Made by a program: the position numbers and the translations under genes. Shown piece after piece: positions 31,901-50,540 of a DNA stretch of 64,000 bases (position 1 is the first letter of the stretch; each line of letters begins with the position of its first letter). Below the pieces are notes generated by a model, which worked only from the letters and a program-made list of their open reading frames with translations, ran no database searches and had not been told where the DNA came from. Source of the stretch: Macrostomum lignano (Eukaryota); NCBI GenBank assembly GCA_002269645.1, contig NIVC01000900.1:124001-188000 (forward strand). The letters run 5' to 3'.

Positions 31901-34900
31901 CTCTTAGCGCTGGCGGCCACCGCGTCAGAGAGTTTCTCGGCTGTCTCGACGGCGTCGGGTCCTGTGGCAGCTTCGCCACCTTCAGCGGCACCTTTTTCGG
32001 AGCCGGCTGCAGAGCCGCTTCTCTGGGAAGAGGTCGGCCGCGCATCGACGGCGGCGGCGTCTTCAACAACGTCGGCCGGCGTCGGTGTTCTCGGCGGCAC
32101 AGCCTAGAAATGAATTAAAGATTAGCGAATAAACAATAAGAATGTATTGTGATGAGCAATTTGACTTGGAATGATTAATACAAGATTATATGACCTTACG
32201 GAAAACCAAACAAGGGTTGCTGTTAGCTGTCAATGATCAACAAGAACTAGCATGACATACGAATGACCAACAACAACAAGTATGACCTACAAATGACCAA
32301 CAACAACAATTATGACCTATGAATGACCAACAACAACTAGCCTGACCTAATAATGACCAGCAACAACTAGTATGACCTACGAATGACCAGCAAAAACTAG
32401 TATGACCTACGAATGACCAACAACAAGTAGTATGTCCTACGAATGACCAACAAGAACTAGTATGACCTACGAATGATCAACAATAACTAGTATGACCTAC
32501 GAATTACCAACAATAACTAGGTACGACTAATGCAAACCTGTCCGACCTAAAATGATCTAATTGAACTGGTATGACCTAAGCAATGACCAGAATGAACCAG
32601 TATGAGCAAGACCTGGTCATCCGGATGAGGCTTTCTCAATCCGTGAAAGGGCGCCAGCTCGTAGCATTGGTTCAGCAGGTCCAAGTTGATCTCGCTGGTG
32701 ACGCTCATGAAGCCCACGGCTTTGCCTTTGACCTCGCAGGCCAAGCAGCGCATGCTGTCGTCCTGACCTGCGATCAGCTCCGCCAGAAAATACTCGCCGT
32801 AGGTTCGAGTCAGAATTTCGCTCTGCTGATTGAAGATCGGCGTCAGGTCGTCGTGATCCTCGACCAGCGCCGGTCGAATGTGCAGCGTTGGCACGTGGGC
32901 GTGACGGGGGAGCCCGAACACGGTGCAGTCGCTGGGGTGGTGACCGCCAGAGCGGAGTTCGCATTTAGAGAACTGCTGGTCCAGGGCGGCGTCTGAGGCA
33001 GGGGAGGAGGCATCGCGGCGATAATTAGGATTAAAAAAACAATAATATTGTTAAGATTCTCGAATTCTTTCGATTTATAGAAATATTTTTTCTGGATTCT
33101 TAGAAATCTCTTCTCTGAATTCTTAGAAATCTTTTCTCTGGATTCTTAGAATTGTCTTCTCTGGATTCTTAGAAATCTCTTTTATGGATTCTTAGAAATC
33201 TCTTTTATGGATTCTTAGAAATTCCTTTCTTAGGATTCTTAGAAATCTCTTCTCTAAATTCTTAGAAATCTCTTCTCTGGATTCTTAGAAATCTCTTCTC
33301 TGAATTCTTAGAAATCTCTTCACTGGATTCTTAGAAATCTCTTCTCTGGATTCTTAGAAATCTCTTCTCTGGATTCTTAGAAATCTCTTCACTGGATTCT
33401 TAGAAATCTCTTCACTGGATTCTTAGAAATCTCTTCACTGGATTCTTAGAAATCTCTTCTCTGGATTCTTATAATTGTCTTCTCTGGATTCTTATAATTG
33501 TCTTCTCTGGATTCTTAGAAATCTCTTCACTGGATTCTTAGAAATCTCTTCTCTGGATTCTTATAATTGTCTTCTCTGGATTCTTATAATTGTCTTCTCT
33601 GGATTCTTATAATTGTCTTCTCTGGATTCTTTGAAATCTCTTCTCTTAATTCTCAGAAATCTCTTCTCTGGATTCTTAGAAATCTCTTCACTGGATTCTT
33701 AGAAATCTCTTCACTGGATTCTTAGAAATCTCTTCACTGGATTCTTAGAAATCTCTTGACTGGATTCTTAGAAATCTCTTCACTGGATTCTTAGAAATCT
33801 CTTCACTGGATTCTTAGAAATCTCTTGACTGGATTCTTAGAAATCTCTTCACTGGATTCTTAGAAATCTCTTCACTGGATTCTTAGAAATCTCTTCACTG
33901 GATTCTTTGAAATCTCTTCTCTGGATTCTTAGAAATCTCTTCTCTGGATTCTTAGAAATCTCTTTTATGGATTCTTAGAAATCTCTTTTATAGATTCTTA
34001 GAAATTCCTTTTCAGGATTCTTAGAAATCTCTTCACTGGAGTCTTAGAAATCTCTTTTATGGATTCTTAGAAATTCCTTTTTCAGGATTCTTAGAATTCT
34101 CTTCTCTGGATTCTTAGAAATCTCTTTTCTGGATTCTTAGAAATCTCTTTTATGGATTCTTAGAAATTCCTTTTTCAGGATTCTTAGAAATCTCTTCTCT
34201 GGATTCTTTGAAAGCTCTTCTCTTAATTCTCAGAAATCTCTTCTCTGGATTCTTAGAAATCTCTTTTATGGATTCTTAGAAATCTCTTCACTGGATTTTT
34301 AGAAATCTCTTCACTGGATTCTTTGAAATCTCTTCTCTGGATTCTTAGAAATCTCTTTTATGGATTCTTAGAAATCTCTTTTATAGATTCTTAGAAATTC
34401 CTTTTCAGGATTCTTAGAAATCTCTTCACTGGAGTCTTAGAAATCTCTTTTATGGATTCTTAGAAATTCCTTTTTCAGGATTCTTAGAAATCTCTTCTCT
34501 GGATTCTTAGAAATCTCTTTTCTGGATTCTTAGAAATCTCTTTTATGGATTCTTAGAAATTCCTTTTTCAGGATTCTTAGAAATCTTTTCTCTGGATTCT
34601 TTGAAAGCTCTTCTCTTAGAAATCTCTTCTCTGGATTCATAGACATCAGTTCTCTGAATTCTTTGAGATCTCTTCTCTAAATTCTTAGAATTCTCTTCGC
34701 TGGATTTTTACAAATCTCTTCTCTGGATTTTTAGATATGTCTTCTCTGATTCGTAGTAATTTCTTGTAGATTCTTAGAAATGTAAATATTATTTTTAGAA
34801 ACATCTTTCTGTAAACTCTTCGAACAATATTAAAGATTCTTAGAAACATCTTTCAAATTCTTACAAAATATTCTGGAGAGTCTCATGCCATTCTCGGTGA

Positions 34901-35802
34901 AATTCTTAGAAAGTCTACTAAAACTTTTAGAACCAATCTTGAGCACTCACTAGGATAAGCCCCCGAGTTGACCACCATGAAAATGTGGTGCAAATCTGGC
35001 ACTGCATTAAAAGCAGTCCTGATAATCTCCTCAGCCGCTGGGATTTCGTATCCCTCTTTGGCAACGAACAGGTGCAGGAAGAAGCTGTTCAGAGAGTTGC
35101 AGCCTTTGACATCATAGGAAGCGGACAGCCAGGACTCCCAGTCAGTTTTGTAGTTCGTTCTGCTCGTGTTCGGCTTGTTTGGGTAATCGAAAAAGGCAGC
35201 GTGGGCGATAATCTCGCCCTCCTGGTTGCTAAGGACAACCGCTAGGAGAGCCTTCTCGCTTGAATGGGAAGAGGAGAGAAGGGGATACGTTAGATTGAAT
35301 AGGGATCTCTGTCCTATGGGTCATGGGATCTCTGTCCTATGGGTCATGGGATCTATGTCCTATGGGTTATGGGATCTCTGTCCTATGGGTCACGGGATCT
35401 CTGTCCCATAGGTCATGGGATCTCTGTGCTATGAGTCACGGGATTTCTGTGAGTTATGGGATCTGTTGGTCACTGGATCTGTGGGTCCTGGGATATATAT
35501 GTGTGGGTCATGGGATCTGTGGGTCATGGGATCTGTGGGTCATGGGATCTTTGTGTCACGGGATCTGAGGGTCATGGGATCTGTGGGTAGTGGGATAATC
35601 TGTGAATCATGTGATCCGTCGATCATGGGTCAAGCAGCTACACAGCGAAGTAGACTCACATGATTTCAACCACGCTGACTTGGCCGAAAAGTTTCACGGT
35701 CTCCTCGGTGATAAGCTGTTCGATGTGCGGCGCATCCAGCGCCTCCGTGCGCCTGGCGTTCACGAGTTGGGTTTCTCCGGTCGGGCTTTTGAATTTCGAC
35801 AT
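22966..35802 (-). CDS. CFAP61: Cilia- and flagella-associated protein 61, about 1271 aa; 15 exons: 35802-35660, 35258-34951, 32992-32613, 32103-31309, 30876-30655, 29803-29478, 29395-29297, 28624-28183, 27470-27282, 26601-26383, 25109-24813, 24117-24014, 23933-23843, 23590-23531, 23106-22966
   Basis: Recognisable CFAP61 blocks throughout: MSKFKSPTGETQLVNARRTE; VEDHDDLTPIF; QELYVFHRGGL; YMRSHYNIEDFIYY; EPKVTVNARIVVVGASSTGISFLETL; VNDACLVFDGRLVIDANFHTND; LPGGYHYLH; FYHDRF; NYISYNYYHLPMYAKPEMV*. All introns GT-AG and phase-consistent (3816 nt in total). The exon 3 donor (GTCTTG) is weak and the exon 4/5 junction is slightly uncertain. Confidence 0.95.
24480..24790. repeat. ~48-bp minisatellite (GTACACTG(G/T)AATGTACATCAGAAAGTACATTAATCATTATACT...) in a CFAP61 intron
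   Basis: Direct inspection; 48-bp period at 24629/24677/24725. Confidence 0.85.
25140..26305. repeat. 24-bp minisatellite (TTCCAAATATGGAAGTTAATGAGG) in a CFAP61 intron
   Basis: Direct inspection; lies between the GT-AG boundaries 26382 and 25110. Confidence 0.97.
26680..27210. repeat. 17-bp minisatellite (GAGAAATTGGTGAATTG) in a CFAP61 intron
   Basis: Direct inspection. Confidence 0.93.
27525..28170. repeat. 30-bp minisatellite with a GGGGAATCCCTTAGCAAC core in a CFAP61 intron
   Basis: Direct inspection. Confidence 0.93.
28664..29250. repeat. 28-bp minisatellite (GTGCACTAATCAGTGTGTATAAGTGCTA) in a CFAP61 intron
   Basis: Direct inspection. Confidence 0.95.
30304..30580 (+). mobile_element. 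5'-truncated copy of a tRNA-derived SINE, in a CFAP61 intron
   Basis: High similarity to 50194-50540 and 52505-52825 (core GTGTGCCTGCTCAGGGGAGTCGGCGGAATGGGCAGCAATG); lacks the tRNA-like head; A-rich end. Confidence 0.85.
30932..31260. repeat. 31-bp minisatellite (GGGGAATCCCACTATGTACATTCAGTTGTTT) in a CFAP61 intron
   Basis: Direct inspection. Confidence 0.9.
32230..32580. repeat. 30-bp minisatellite (TATGACCTACGAATGACCAACAACAACTAG) in a CFAP61 intron
   Basis: Direct inspection. Confidence 0.9.
33080..34800. repeat. 23-bp minisatellite (GGATTCTTAGAAATCTCTTCACT) in CFAP61 intron 2
   Basis: Direct inspection. Confidence 0.96.
35300..35600. repeat. 23-bp repeat (CATGGGATCTCTGTCCTATGGGT) decaying to a 16-bp unit; CFAP61 intron 1
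   Basis: Direct inspection. Confidence 0.88.
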
Positions 35803-36438
35803 TTCGGATCGCATGCATTTAAGTTTCGTTAAAATTGATAACATTTTTAAATAGTTGTTTCTAAGAAAAAGACAAATTTGCTTTTTTTCTAAGAAAGATA
35901 CTTTTATCATATAAAAAGACTATCAATGGTCATTTTTTTGTTTTAACGAACAATTGAGTTTTCTAAGAAAATAATTGTTATAACTTGAATTGACCAACAT
36001 TTTTTCACATAATGCTTACAAATTTTTTAAAGACTATATAATAAAAAGTATAGCAATTATAACAAAACTTTTGTTATTTCTTTGTTTAAACGAAGCAACT
36101 TTGAAGAGTTTATTTAAAATTGAAATTAAAGTATGTTATATATGTAAAATATTGTTAGAAAAGGTACAACAATGCCGTTGTCGATTAAAATTGTTACTTG
36201 TTTTCGAAGTAACGCTTGCTGTATTTATAGTATAGTTTTTTTAAATTGATTCTCACAAACTACCCAGCACATGCTTCAGTTATGCTACTTAATATTGGCT
36301 TTTAGTAGCGTGATACGCAAATTTACCGATAAAAGTGTAGAAAATATAAATTAAAAGTACATTTTCTCGGAGAAACACGCAAGCAAAAGGACATTACAAA
36401 CTGCTTCGAAATTACGATGGAAAGTTTTGTTTCTTGCT

Positions 36439-37517
36439 TCAGTCGTCACCCTCGTCCCGCACGACGGGAACTCCGTCCAGCTTCTTGATTCGGACCAGCC
36501 GCTTGGTCGCTTCATCTCTCCAGTTACCTTCGGCTGAGTGCTTCTCTTCTAGGGGATTGCCTGGATTGGAGTAGATAAAGGTAGATTTAGATTGAGATAA
36601 ACAGTGAGAGAGTGAGAAATAGACAATGAGAGGTAGACAGTGAGAGATAGACAGTGAGAGATAGCAATGGGAAAAAGACAGTGAAAGACAGACAGTGAGA
36701 GATAGCAATGGGAAATAGACAGTGAGAGGTAGACGGTGAGAGGTAGACAGTGAGAGGTAGACAGTGAGAGGTAGACAGTGAGAGGTAGACAGTGAGAGGT
36801 AGACAGTGAGAGATAGACAGTGAGAGATAGACAGTGAGAGGTACACAGTGAGAGGTGGACAGTGGTAGATTGAGAGATCCTCACCAACGAACAGCAAATC
36901 CTCCAGACACGGTAGTTCGGCGAGTTTAGCAAACTCGGCCCAATCCTTAACGACATTGTTGGACATGTACAGCACCTTCAGCTTTTTCAACACGTTGATT
37001 CCTTTGAGCTTCTCGATGTTGTTGTAGGAGATCCACAGCTCCTCCAGGGTGTCACCGACCGCGTCCAGGCCTGTCAGACTTTTGATGTTATTCCGGCCAA
37101 GGGAAAGAATTTTCAGATTCTCTGAAAGATTTGTTTTAATGGTTGGCAATATAAAATGCGTCATTTGAACTTTCCACTTTTCAGGGTCCAGTCAATCGAG
37201 GAAAACTTACTCAGACCGTTCAAGTTTGCTATCCTCTCGATCACATTTGTTGACAAGCTTAGGTGTCTGAAAGTTTGAGGAATATAACAAATAATAATTT
37301 TGTCTGCCGTCTGGGTCATTCAGAGGCTGTTGGATTCATAGTGAAATTACGATTTGAAATTGACTCACTCGCAAGCAGTCAGGGTGGACAGGGAGGCGTC
37401 CATCTTCTCAATGGGTGGAATTTGGCCATAGAGCTTCACAGCGGTGGCTTCTGACGCCTTGGCCCCATTCTTCTCCTCCCACTTGGCCAAAGCCTCCTTG
37501 ATTGAAGTTGCCTTCGA
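36439..37517 (-). CDS. DNAL1: Dynein axonemal light chain 1 (LC1, leucine-rich repeat); visible exons 37517-37369, 37266-37211, 37121-36885, 36560-36439; initiator Met not located
   Basis: [16 protein letters not shown]...[19 protein letters not shown]; [32 protein letters not shown]; [19 protein letters not shown]; [24 protein letters not shown]...KLDGVPV; phases consistent, 187 codons plus stop. Confidence 0.96.
36590..36870. repeat. 14-bp repeat (GACAGTGAGAGGTA) in the last DNAL1 intron
   Basis: Direct inspection; explains the insert in ORF 36439-37164. Confidence 0.93.
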
Positions 37518-39589
37518 CTGGAATTTTATTATTTTTTTTAATAAAAATATGTGTAAAACTGATACTATAATTAAAGACAGTTGCCTCTACGCAGATTTTG
37601 TAATAAAATGTTATTATTTCATAAGGAAATTAAAAAATTAAATGGAAAGATTTCCTCAAGCAGTCAAGGTAGAAAAGTATTTTTTATAAAAATAAATGTG
37701 TTTATATTTTACTTTTATTGAGACAGTTAACTAATAAATAATTATATTTCCACAGTTAAATTAGCAAAACATAACTCAGTTGCACTAGGCCATGGTAGTA
37801 AGGACAACTTAAGTAGTCCTTGGGTAGTAAAAAATTTAAAAATACCCGAAAAAAGCATGCTGTGAAAATAATCAAATTAAAAATTACATCACAGACTAAT
37901 TTAAGCTTGAAAGACAGTAGATTCATGGCCAAGAAACAGCAGATACTATAAAAATTATTATGAGTTAATATAAATTCTGAACAAATTAAAACTAAACTAA
38001 GTCATTGCTAGTCAAGGAATTATTACTCAAGCAAATAAATTTTCTTGCTAATAGCTAATGCAGTTCTATAATAGTAAAATATAAGCTGCCCATTTTCCTT
38101 CGTCTAAAAACTTACTTAGTTAAAAACATTGACGAACTAATGGCAAATGGCTTAGTAAAATTCTAGGTAAATTTTTGCAATCTTCTGCTTGAAATAAAAC
38201 ATTGTCTTGATGATGCAGACAAAAACAATTTTTAATACTATTAAACGACTTGTCTAGAAATCGTTGTCAAAATTTTATCTATTTTTACAGCCTAAAATTA
38301 AACTTCATCTATAATAAATCATCAAAAAATGCATAAAATATGGTATTTTGTTTACAAAATAGTGTTTTTTAATGTTGTTTGTAATATTTCTAGACCACCA
38401 TGCAAACAAGCCGAATTTTAAAGTCTTGGAATTTTTCAATTTGAAGCTCTTGGCAATGCAGTTGCAACTTGGCAACTGAAATTAAATTCTATACAAATAT
38501 CCCAAATAGCAATCAAAAAACAAGATAGGCCTCTTTTTAAAACCCTATTTTACAAATTACTGTAAGATTACCTATCAAAAAATATTTTTGTTTTAACGCA
38601 CTAAATTTCCAAATATAACTTTGAAATTGCGTGGTTATAACATTTATAGGATTAGACCTTACCTATCTTGATAACAGTTTCCCAGTTTAATTACAATGAT
38701 ATTTTCGGCCACTTAAAACTCAAGGCCTAATCAAGTAGAAGGAAGCGGGCCGGGACCTATGTTTCTTGTAAGTTTTAGGAGGCAGCTACGGGAGGTTTTA
38801 CGGAGAAAATACATATACGACAATTCCGGAAAAGAGTTTTTTATTATTTTCAGCCTAAAATTAGATATTGCCTTTGATAGGAGGCAGACCCAAAGTTCAT
38901 CCTTTGATATGGTTTTGATATTCTTTAAAATATTGCTCTTTTGATATTCAGTAGTATACGTTCGTATAGAGCCTTTTGCTTATAGGCTTAATTTACAATG
39001 TACGATCGAGCTATTAGGCTGGCGTTATTTTAGAGAGAAATCTAAACATTAGACAATGCATGTATGTCTTATTTTTCTGAATCGTTGAGTTATTGTACTT
39101 AAAAATCAAAGTTGTGACATTTTTATGATTTTTTGGCACAGAACATAGTACGTATGTACAAAATTTAACATACATGTAGAAACCTAATTTACTAAACAAA
39201 AAGCTTTATGAATATCAAGAAGGCAACTCATCTGCAAAAGATGAACGACATATAGGGTCTGCCTGCTGCTATCAAAAAGCAATTTTACATGTACATGTAC
39301 AAGTTTCAAATTTAAGCTGAAAAAAGTCACGGATGGTAATTGCATGATTTTGTAATCCTGACTGATTTACTGGAAACTCCACGGCAACTTTCGCCCTTGA
39401 TAAAATTGGCCACTCATATTTTCCAGCATGTACAGGGAGCAGGCTAAAAATAAAGAACACTTAAAAAGCTTTTTGCTCATATTTGACTATTTTTAATCAT
39501 TCTAGTTCGCACTTTCTTTAAGTAAAGTCGAAGCAATTTTTTCAAGATTTTCACGATAATTTGAACACCCATCTCAAATTCGGTCAAGA

Positions 39590-39790
39590 CAACTCGATGT
39601 CGAATTTTCTGATTGGACAAGCCGCTTTGTTATACTCGATGTCGAATTTTCTGATTGGACGAGCCGCTTTGTTATACTCGACGTCGAATTTTCTGATTGG
39701 ACGAGCCGCTTTTGTAATACTCGACGTCGAATTTTCTGATTGGACGAGCCTGGAATGAATTACCAGGTCGACTCTGATTGGCTGAGCTCC
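39590..39790. repeat. About 4 copies of a 42-bp unit containing an inverted CCAAT box (TTCTGATTGG), plus one degenerate copy
   Basis: Direct inspection; related units occur in the opposite orientation at 40745-40830. Confidence 0.85.
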
Positions 39791-40744
39791 AGACCTAGCC
39801 TCAAATTACCCTTTCCACTGGCCGGTGAAATCTCCCGGATCCCATGCAGGGAACTTGAGAGGTGCAGGAATAAATCATTAAATACAGATAAAAAAGCTAG
39901 CCAAGACATCCAGGGGGGTCGCCAAAAGTGAGAGCTAGATGATTATGCATTTTAAATCATAGAAACTGTAAAAATTGGGAGAAAAAACTGACTTATATGA
40001 ATCTTTTTTCTGGCACCGTGAAAAGTGACAGGTAGGTGATAATAAATCAAAATCAACTCCGCTGCAGTTTGACCTCTAGGCGTCAAAAACTTCGCAAAAA
40101 TACTCGTAAGTCCCCAAGAAGCAAAGTGTATTGATGAGGACGCACTTTTTCCCGAATCCCGCGCTAGCACATGGCTCTAAACTTACTAGCCTACTGACAG
40201 CAGGCTAATTAAAAGGCATTTTTATTCTTCTTCTACTAATTGTCATAGAATCTATACTAGATATAATGTTTGGTCATACTAGTAGTCATAATAACATAGG
40301 CGCAGCTTTTTGGGTCGTAAATCATCGCTTTCAAAGTTTGTCTGACAGCCACCTGCGCCTCGCACTCAGTGTTGAGGCTGGCGCCAGATGGCCTGAGGGG
40401 ATGCGAATAGCAGCTTTTTTCTCATCATTTTGACAGACCATCAAGATTTATGAGGTCAGAGCCTATTGTTCGGGTTCATTCAGCGTGTGACAGCTTTGAC
40501 AGCTATGCGTTTTACCCCTAAAAGTACTTCGGGATTAGCGATTAGCAATTTCTCTTCATTATCTTCACTTTCTATTTAATAAGAGCTTTCTAATGTATAT
40601 TTTTTCATTAATTTTTGTCAATCTACTCGAAAAGTCATAAATCATTTTGTTGTGATTTTGATTGATTTATGGCCGCACCTGTCATCTTTTTACGACCCTG
40701 TGGGAACTGATAGGATCTCCCGGTCACGTGATTCTGGGTAGCAA

Positions 40745-40860
40745 TAAGTTTAGCCAATCAGAAAATTCGGCGCTCATTTTAACAAAACGGCTCAGCCAAT
40801 CAGAATCGACGTGTTCCATTATAACAAACTGTGGTCCAGTTGGCGGCTATTTAAACCGGT
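40745..40860 (+). promoter_or_regulatory. Candidate promoter-like segment: two AGCCAATCAG boxes followed by GGCTATTTAAA
   Basis: Motif arrangement only (CCAAT, CCAAT, TATA-like); no transcript is assigned and it may belong to a repeat or LTR. Confidence 0.3.
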
Positions 40861-41469
40861 GTTTTTGGCCCGCTCGGACCCCAGACGCTTGCTATCGGCC
40901 AGGAACTCGCTCTTTCCCTGGCCTGACCGTCGTCTCTTGATCCCCGGATTGCGACTTCCCCCATCATCATCAAGGACGAGTCCCCCCGGTCATCGGCAGC
41001 GACCATCAAAGTTAAGAGCATCACCTGCTAGCTAACAGCGAAGATTGTGACATCAGCATCATCCCGAGTCTACAGCTGCGAAGCATCAAGCCGATTCGGT
41101 CACTGTGGATTACCTGGTCTCCGGCTGTTGAGTTTCTGATTGGTTGCGTGAGAAGCTACCTAGACTTGCTTGATCGGGTGATTCCTTACCTGTCCCCTGT
41201 TTCAGTAGCTGGATTAGGCGCACACTTTTGCTCATTTTGTTCAGTAGTGCTGTTGCTGAGGCAGAAATCATTCAATAATACTGCTAGTAGTCTAAGACTC
41301 TAATTCAATCTGAGGTGTGAAGTGATTCAAGGAGAAGGTTAAATCTGACAGTTATTTTTATCGGTTTTATTTCTTTGTTCGCCGATGGCTCAGATGAGTA
41401 GCTAAGCTAGTAGGCGCCGGTCGCAGTGGACCAATGGCAAGGCAGTTCTCAGTCGATCAATCTGTCAAA

Positions 41470-42110
41470 TCAGTGAGCAAAATTGCCAATAGTGCAGAAT
41501 CGGCGCCAGAGATGTACTTTGTGCACTCTAGGTTAGCCAAGCGGCTCGGGTGATTAATCATGCGGTCTCTGAAGTTCGAGTTGGCCTATCATCAGCGCTA
41601 TGAGAGGCTAGTTGGCGCGTTGAATGCCAAAAGTACATATTTTTGTATTTAGCAATGTAATAGTACATGTAGCTACCCCACAGTCTCGCCACTGCAAGAA
41701 TCCCCTGCACAAGTCCCCTTTACCTGCATGGCCAATGCGATCTAGTCCCAGCAGTGTCCCTTATCATCGGCTATGACTTCGAGATTGACAGCAAAAAGAC
41801 ACTAGTTGGCAGGTAAGTGCAAAGCCCCTTCTAGTCGGAAGCCCGATTTCGAGAGTCCCGGTGTGGTGAGCCAGGGCGCACGGGCTGGTGGCAGCAAGTT
41901 AGTTGATCTGCGGATTAGCTAATTTCTACTTTCAAAATTCTCCCTGCTTGTCTCTCGCTGTCCCTCTCTTAGCTATAGGACCTAGACTGCTCGCCACACG
42001 ATCAAGCTACCATGGGGCTGACCATCTGACAGGAGTGGGGGCCAGGACTCTAATTGATTTATTTCTGAGACCTGAGGCCCGAAGGCTTCCCCACAAGGGG
42101 GCCGGAAGGT
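41470..42110 (+). mobile_element. Possible highly decayed retroelement protease/RT remnant
   Basis: Fragments FVHSRLAKRLG, SLIIGYDF, HTIKL and RRLP resemble retropepsin and RT-start motifs, but they are in different frames with stops. Confidence 0.25.
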
Positions 42111-43029
42111 CGAAACCCATCAGTATGTCCTAAAAGTAGTAAAATGTGGTTCGCTGAAACAAAAATAAAAAATAAAAACCCAGAAGTCGACTACTAAGAG
42201 TAATAGAAGAGAGAGAGATGAAAACTCATGTGCGATTCTAAAATTTAAATTTTTGTTAAGAAGACCGTTTCCCGTTTTGTTATTAATTAAATTGAATTAA
42301 AACAAAAGTCGCTGCTTGTTAATTCTGTTATTTAATGCCCTCTTCGTTTATGCTTGGTGCCTTAATTTAAAAGAGTTGAGTCACACAGAATGAAATGAAT
42401 GAAGCGGATTAATAAGGCATTATAATTTGACAAAAGTTATTGACAAGTTATTTAAGCACAGTTTGTACGAGCGGTTTCGCAAAATTGAAGATTTATCTGC
42501 TATTTCATACAATGTAATTACCGATATATATATAATAAATTTAATAATCACGCAATGACAGCTAATTAAAACTAAGCAATCTTATGTTGTTAGGCTCACT
42601 GCTTAAGCCTTTATAAATTTAGTAGTACTGTAGGCTTGAAAATGTCTATTTGAGAGGTTTTTTACAGGAAAAAGTTTCTCTTACAAAGGAAAATTGCCGT
42701 CAAGAAGGAATGAGGATGCTCAGTGACAAATAGTTTTTTTAAATGAGATACATTTTCTTGAGTACAAATAACATTAATTAAGCAGTGCTGCGGCTATATT
42801 AATGTCGCAAATTCATACTTGGAAGTATGTAGCAAACTGAGATTTCTCTATAGCCACGCTATATAGTTTCTGAAAAAATAAGCTAGTTTTTGAATTTCGT
42901 GAAAGATTTCATCTAAAGTCATATTTGGTATACACGCCTAAAAAGTCGTTAAAAGATTGCGCGCCAATTTGAATTTGGACTCGCAATTTTACTCGGCCAT
43001 TTCTCTACCCAGCTAATCCAAAGAAGGCT

Positions 43030-49988
<6,959 letters not shown>

Positions 49989-50193
49989 CCTTTGTCTGCT
50001 GCGATTCTTGAGAAAGAGCCACGAAACTGACTGCTTTCAAGTGCAAATTATTTCTTAATGAAATGAAATGAAATCGAACACAGTGTGTCAAATCAATCAA
50101 TTCAATTATTCCGTTCTCAATGAGCTTTCCGCTCAAAAACTTCTGCGTGCCATAGACTAAAATATTTGTACTTTTTACTTACGTGTCACAAAA

Positions 50194-50540
50194 GGGGCTG
50201 TTGCCCAGTGGTCAGCGCGGCGCTCTGATGTGCCAGCGGCCCAGGCTCGATTCCAATTGCAGTCACATTAATTTGGGCTAAATTGGAATCTCGGCTTGGG
50301 TCCTCTCGTGAAATTAACAACGCGCTCTTGATGGTGTACATGCCTGACGATAAATAAAGTTAGGACCGCTGTGCACTCCTGTGTGAGTGTGTGCCTGTGC
50401 GTGTGACTGCGTACGTATCCGCGCGCTTGTGTGCCTGCTCAGGGGAGTCGGCGGAATGGGCAGCAATGCCTCTCGCCGGTTGTGTGACAATGTCGCTTAG
50501 AGTCCGCCAGGTTGTACACTGCCCCTGCCTCTAAAAAATA
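50194..50540 (+). mobile_element. tRNA-derived SINE, apparently full length
   Basis: Head GGGGCTGTTGCCCAGTGGTCAGCGCG (A-box-like) and GGCTCGATTCC (B-box-like), shared body, A-rich tail; two other copies in the window. Confidence 0.85.

Noticed and set aside
40355-40400. CTCF-like motif GCGCCAGATGGC and a weak hairpin
   Set aside because: Single short match with no supporting context; CTCF is reported absent from flatworms
50194-50270. Possible tRNA gene
   Set aside because: A- and B-box-like motifs are present, but I could not fold a convincing cloverleaf and the head continues into a repeated SINE body
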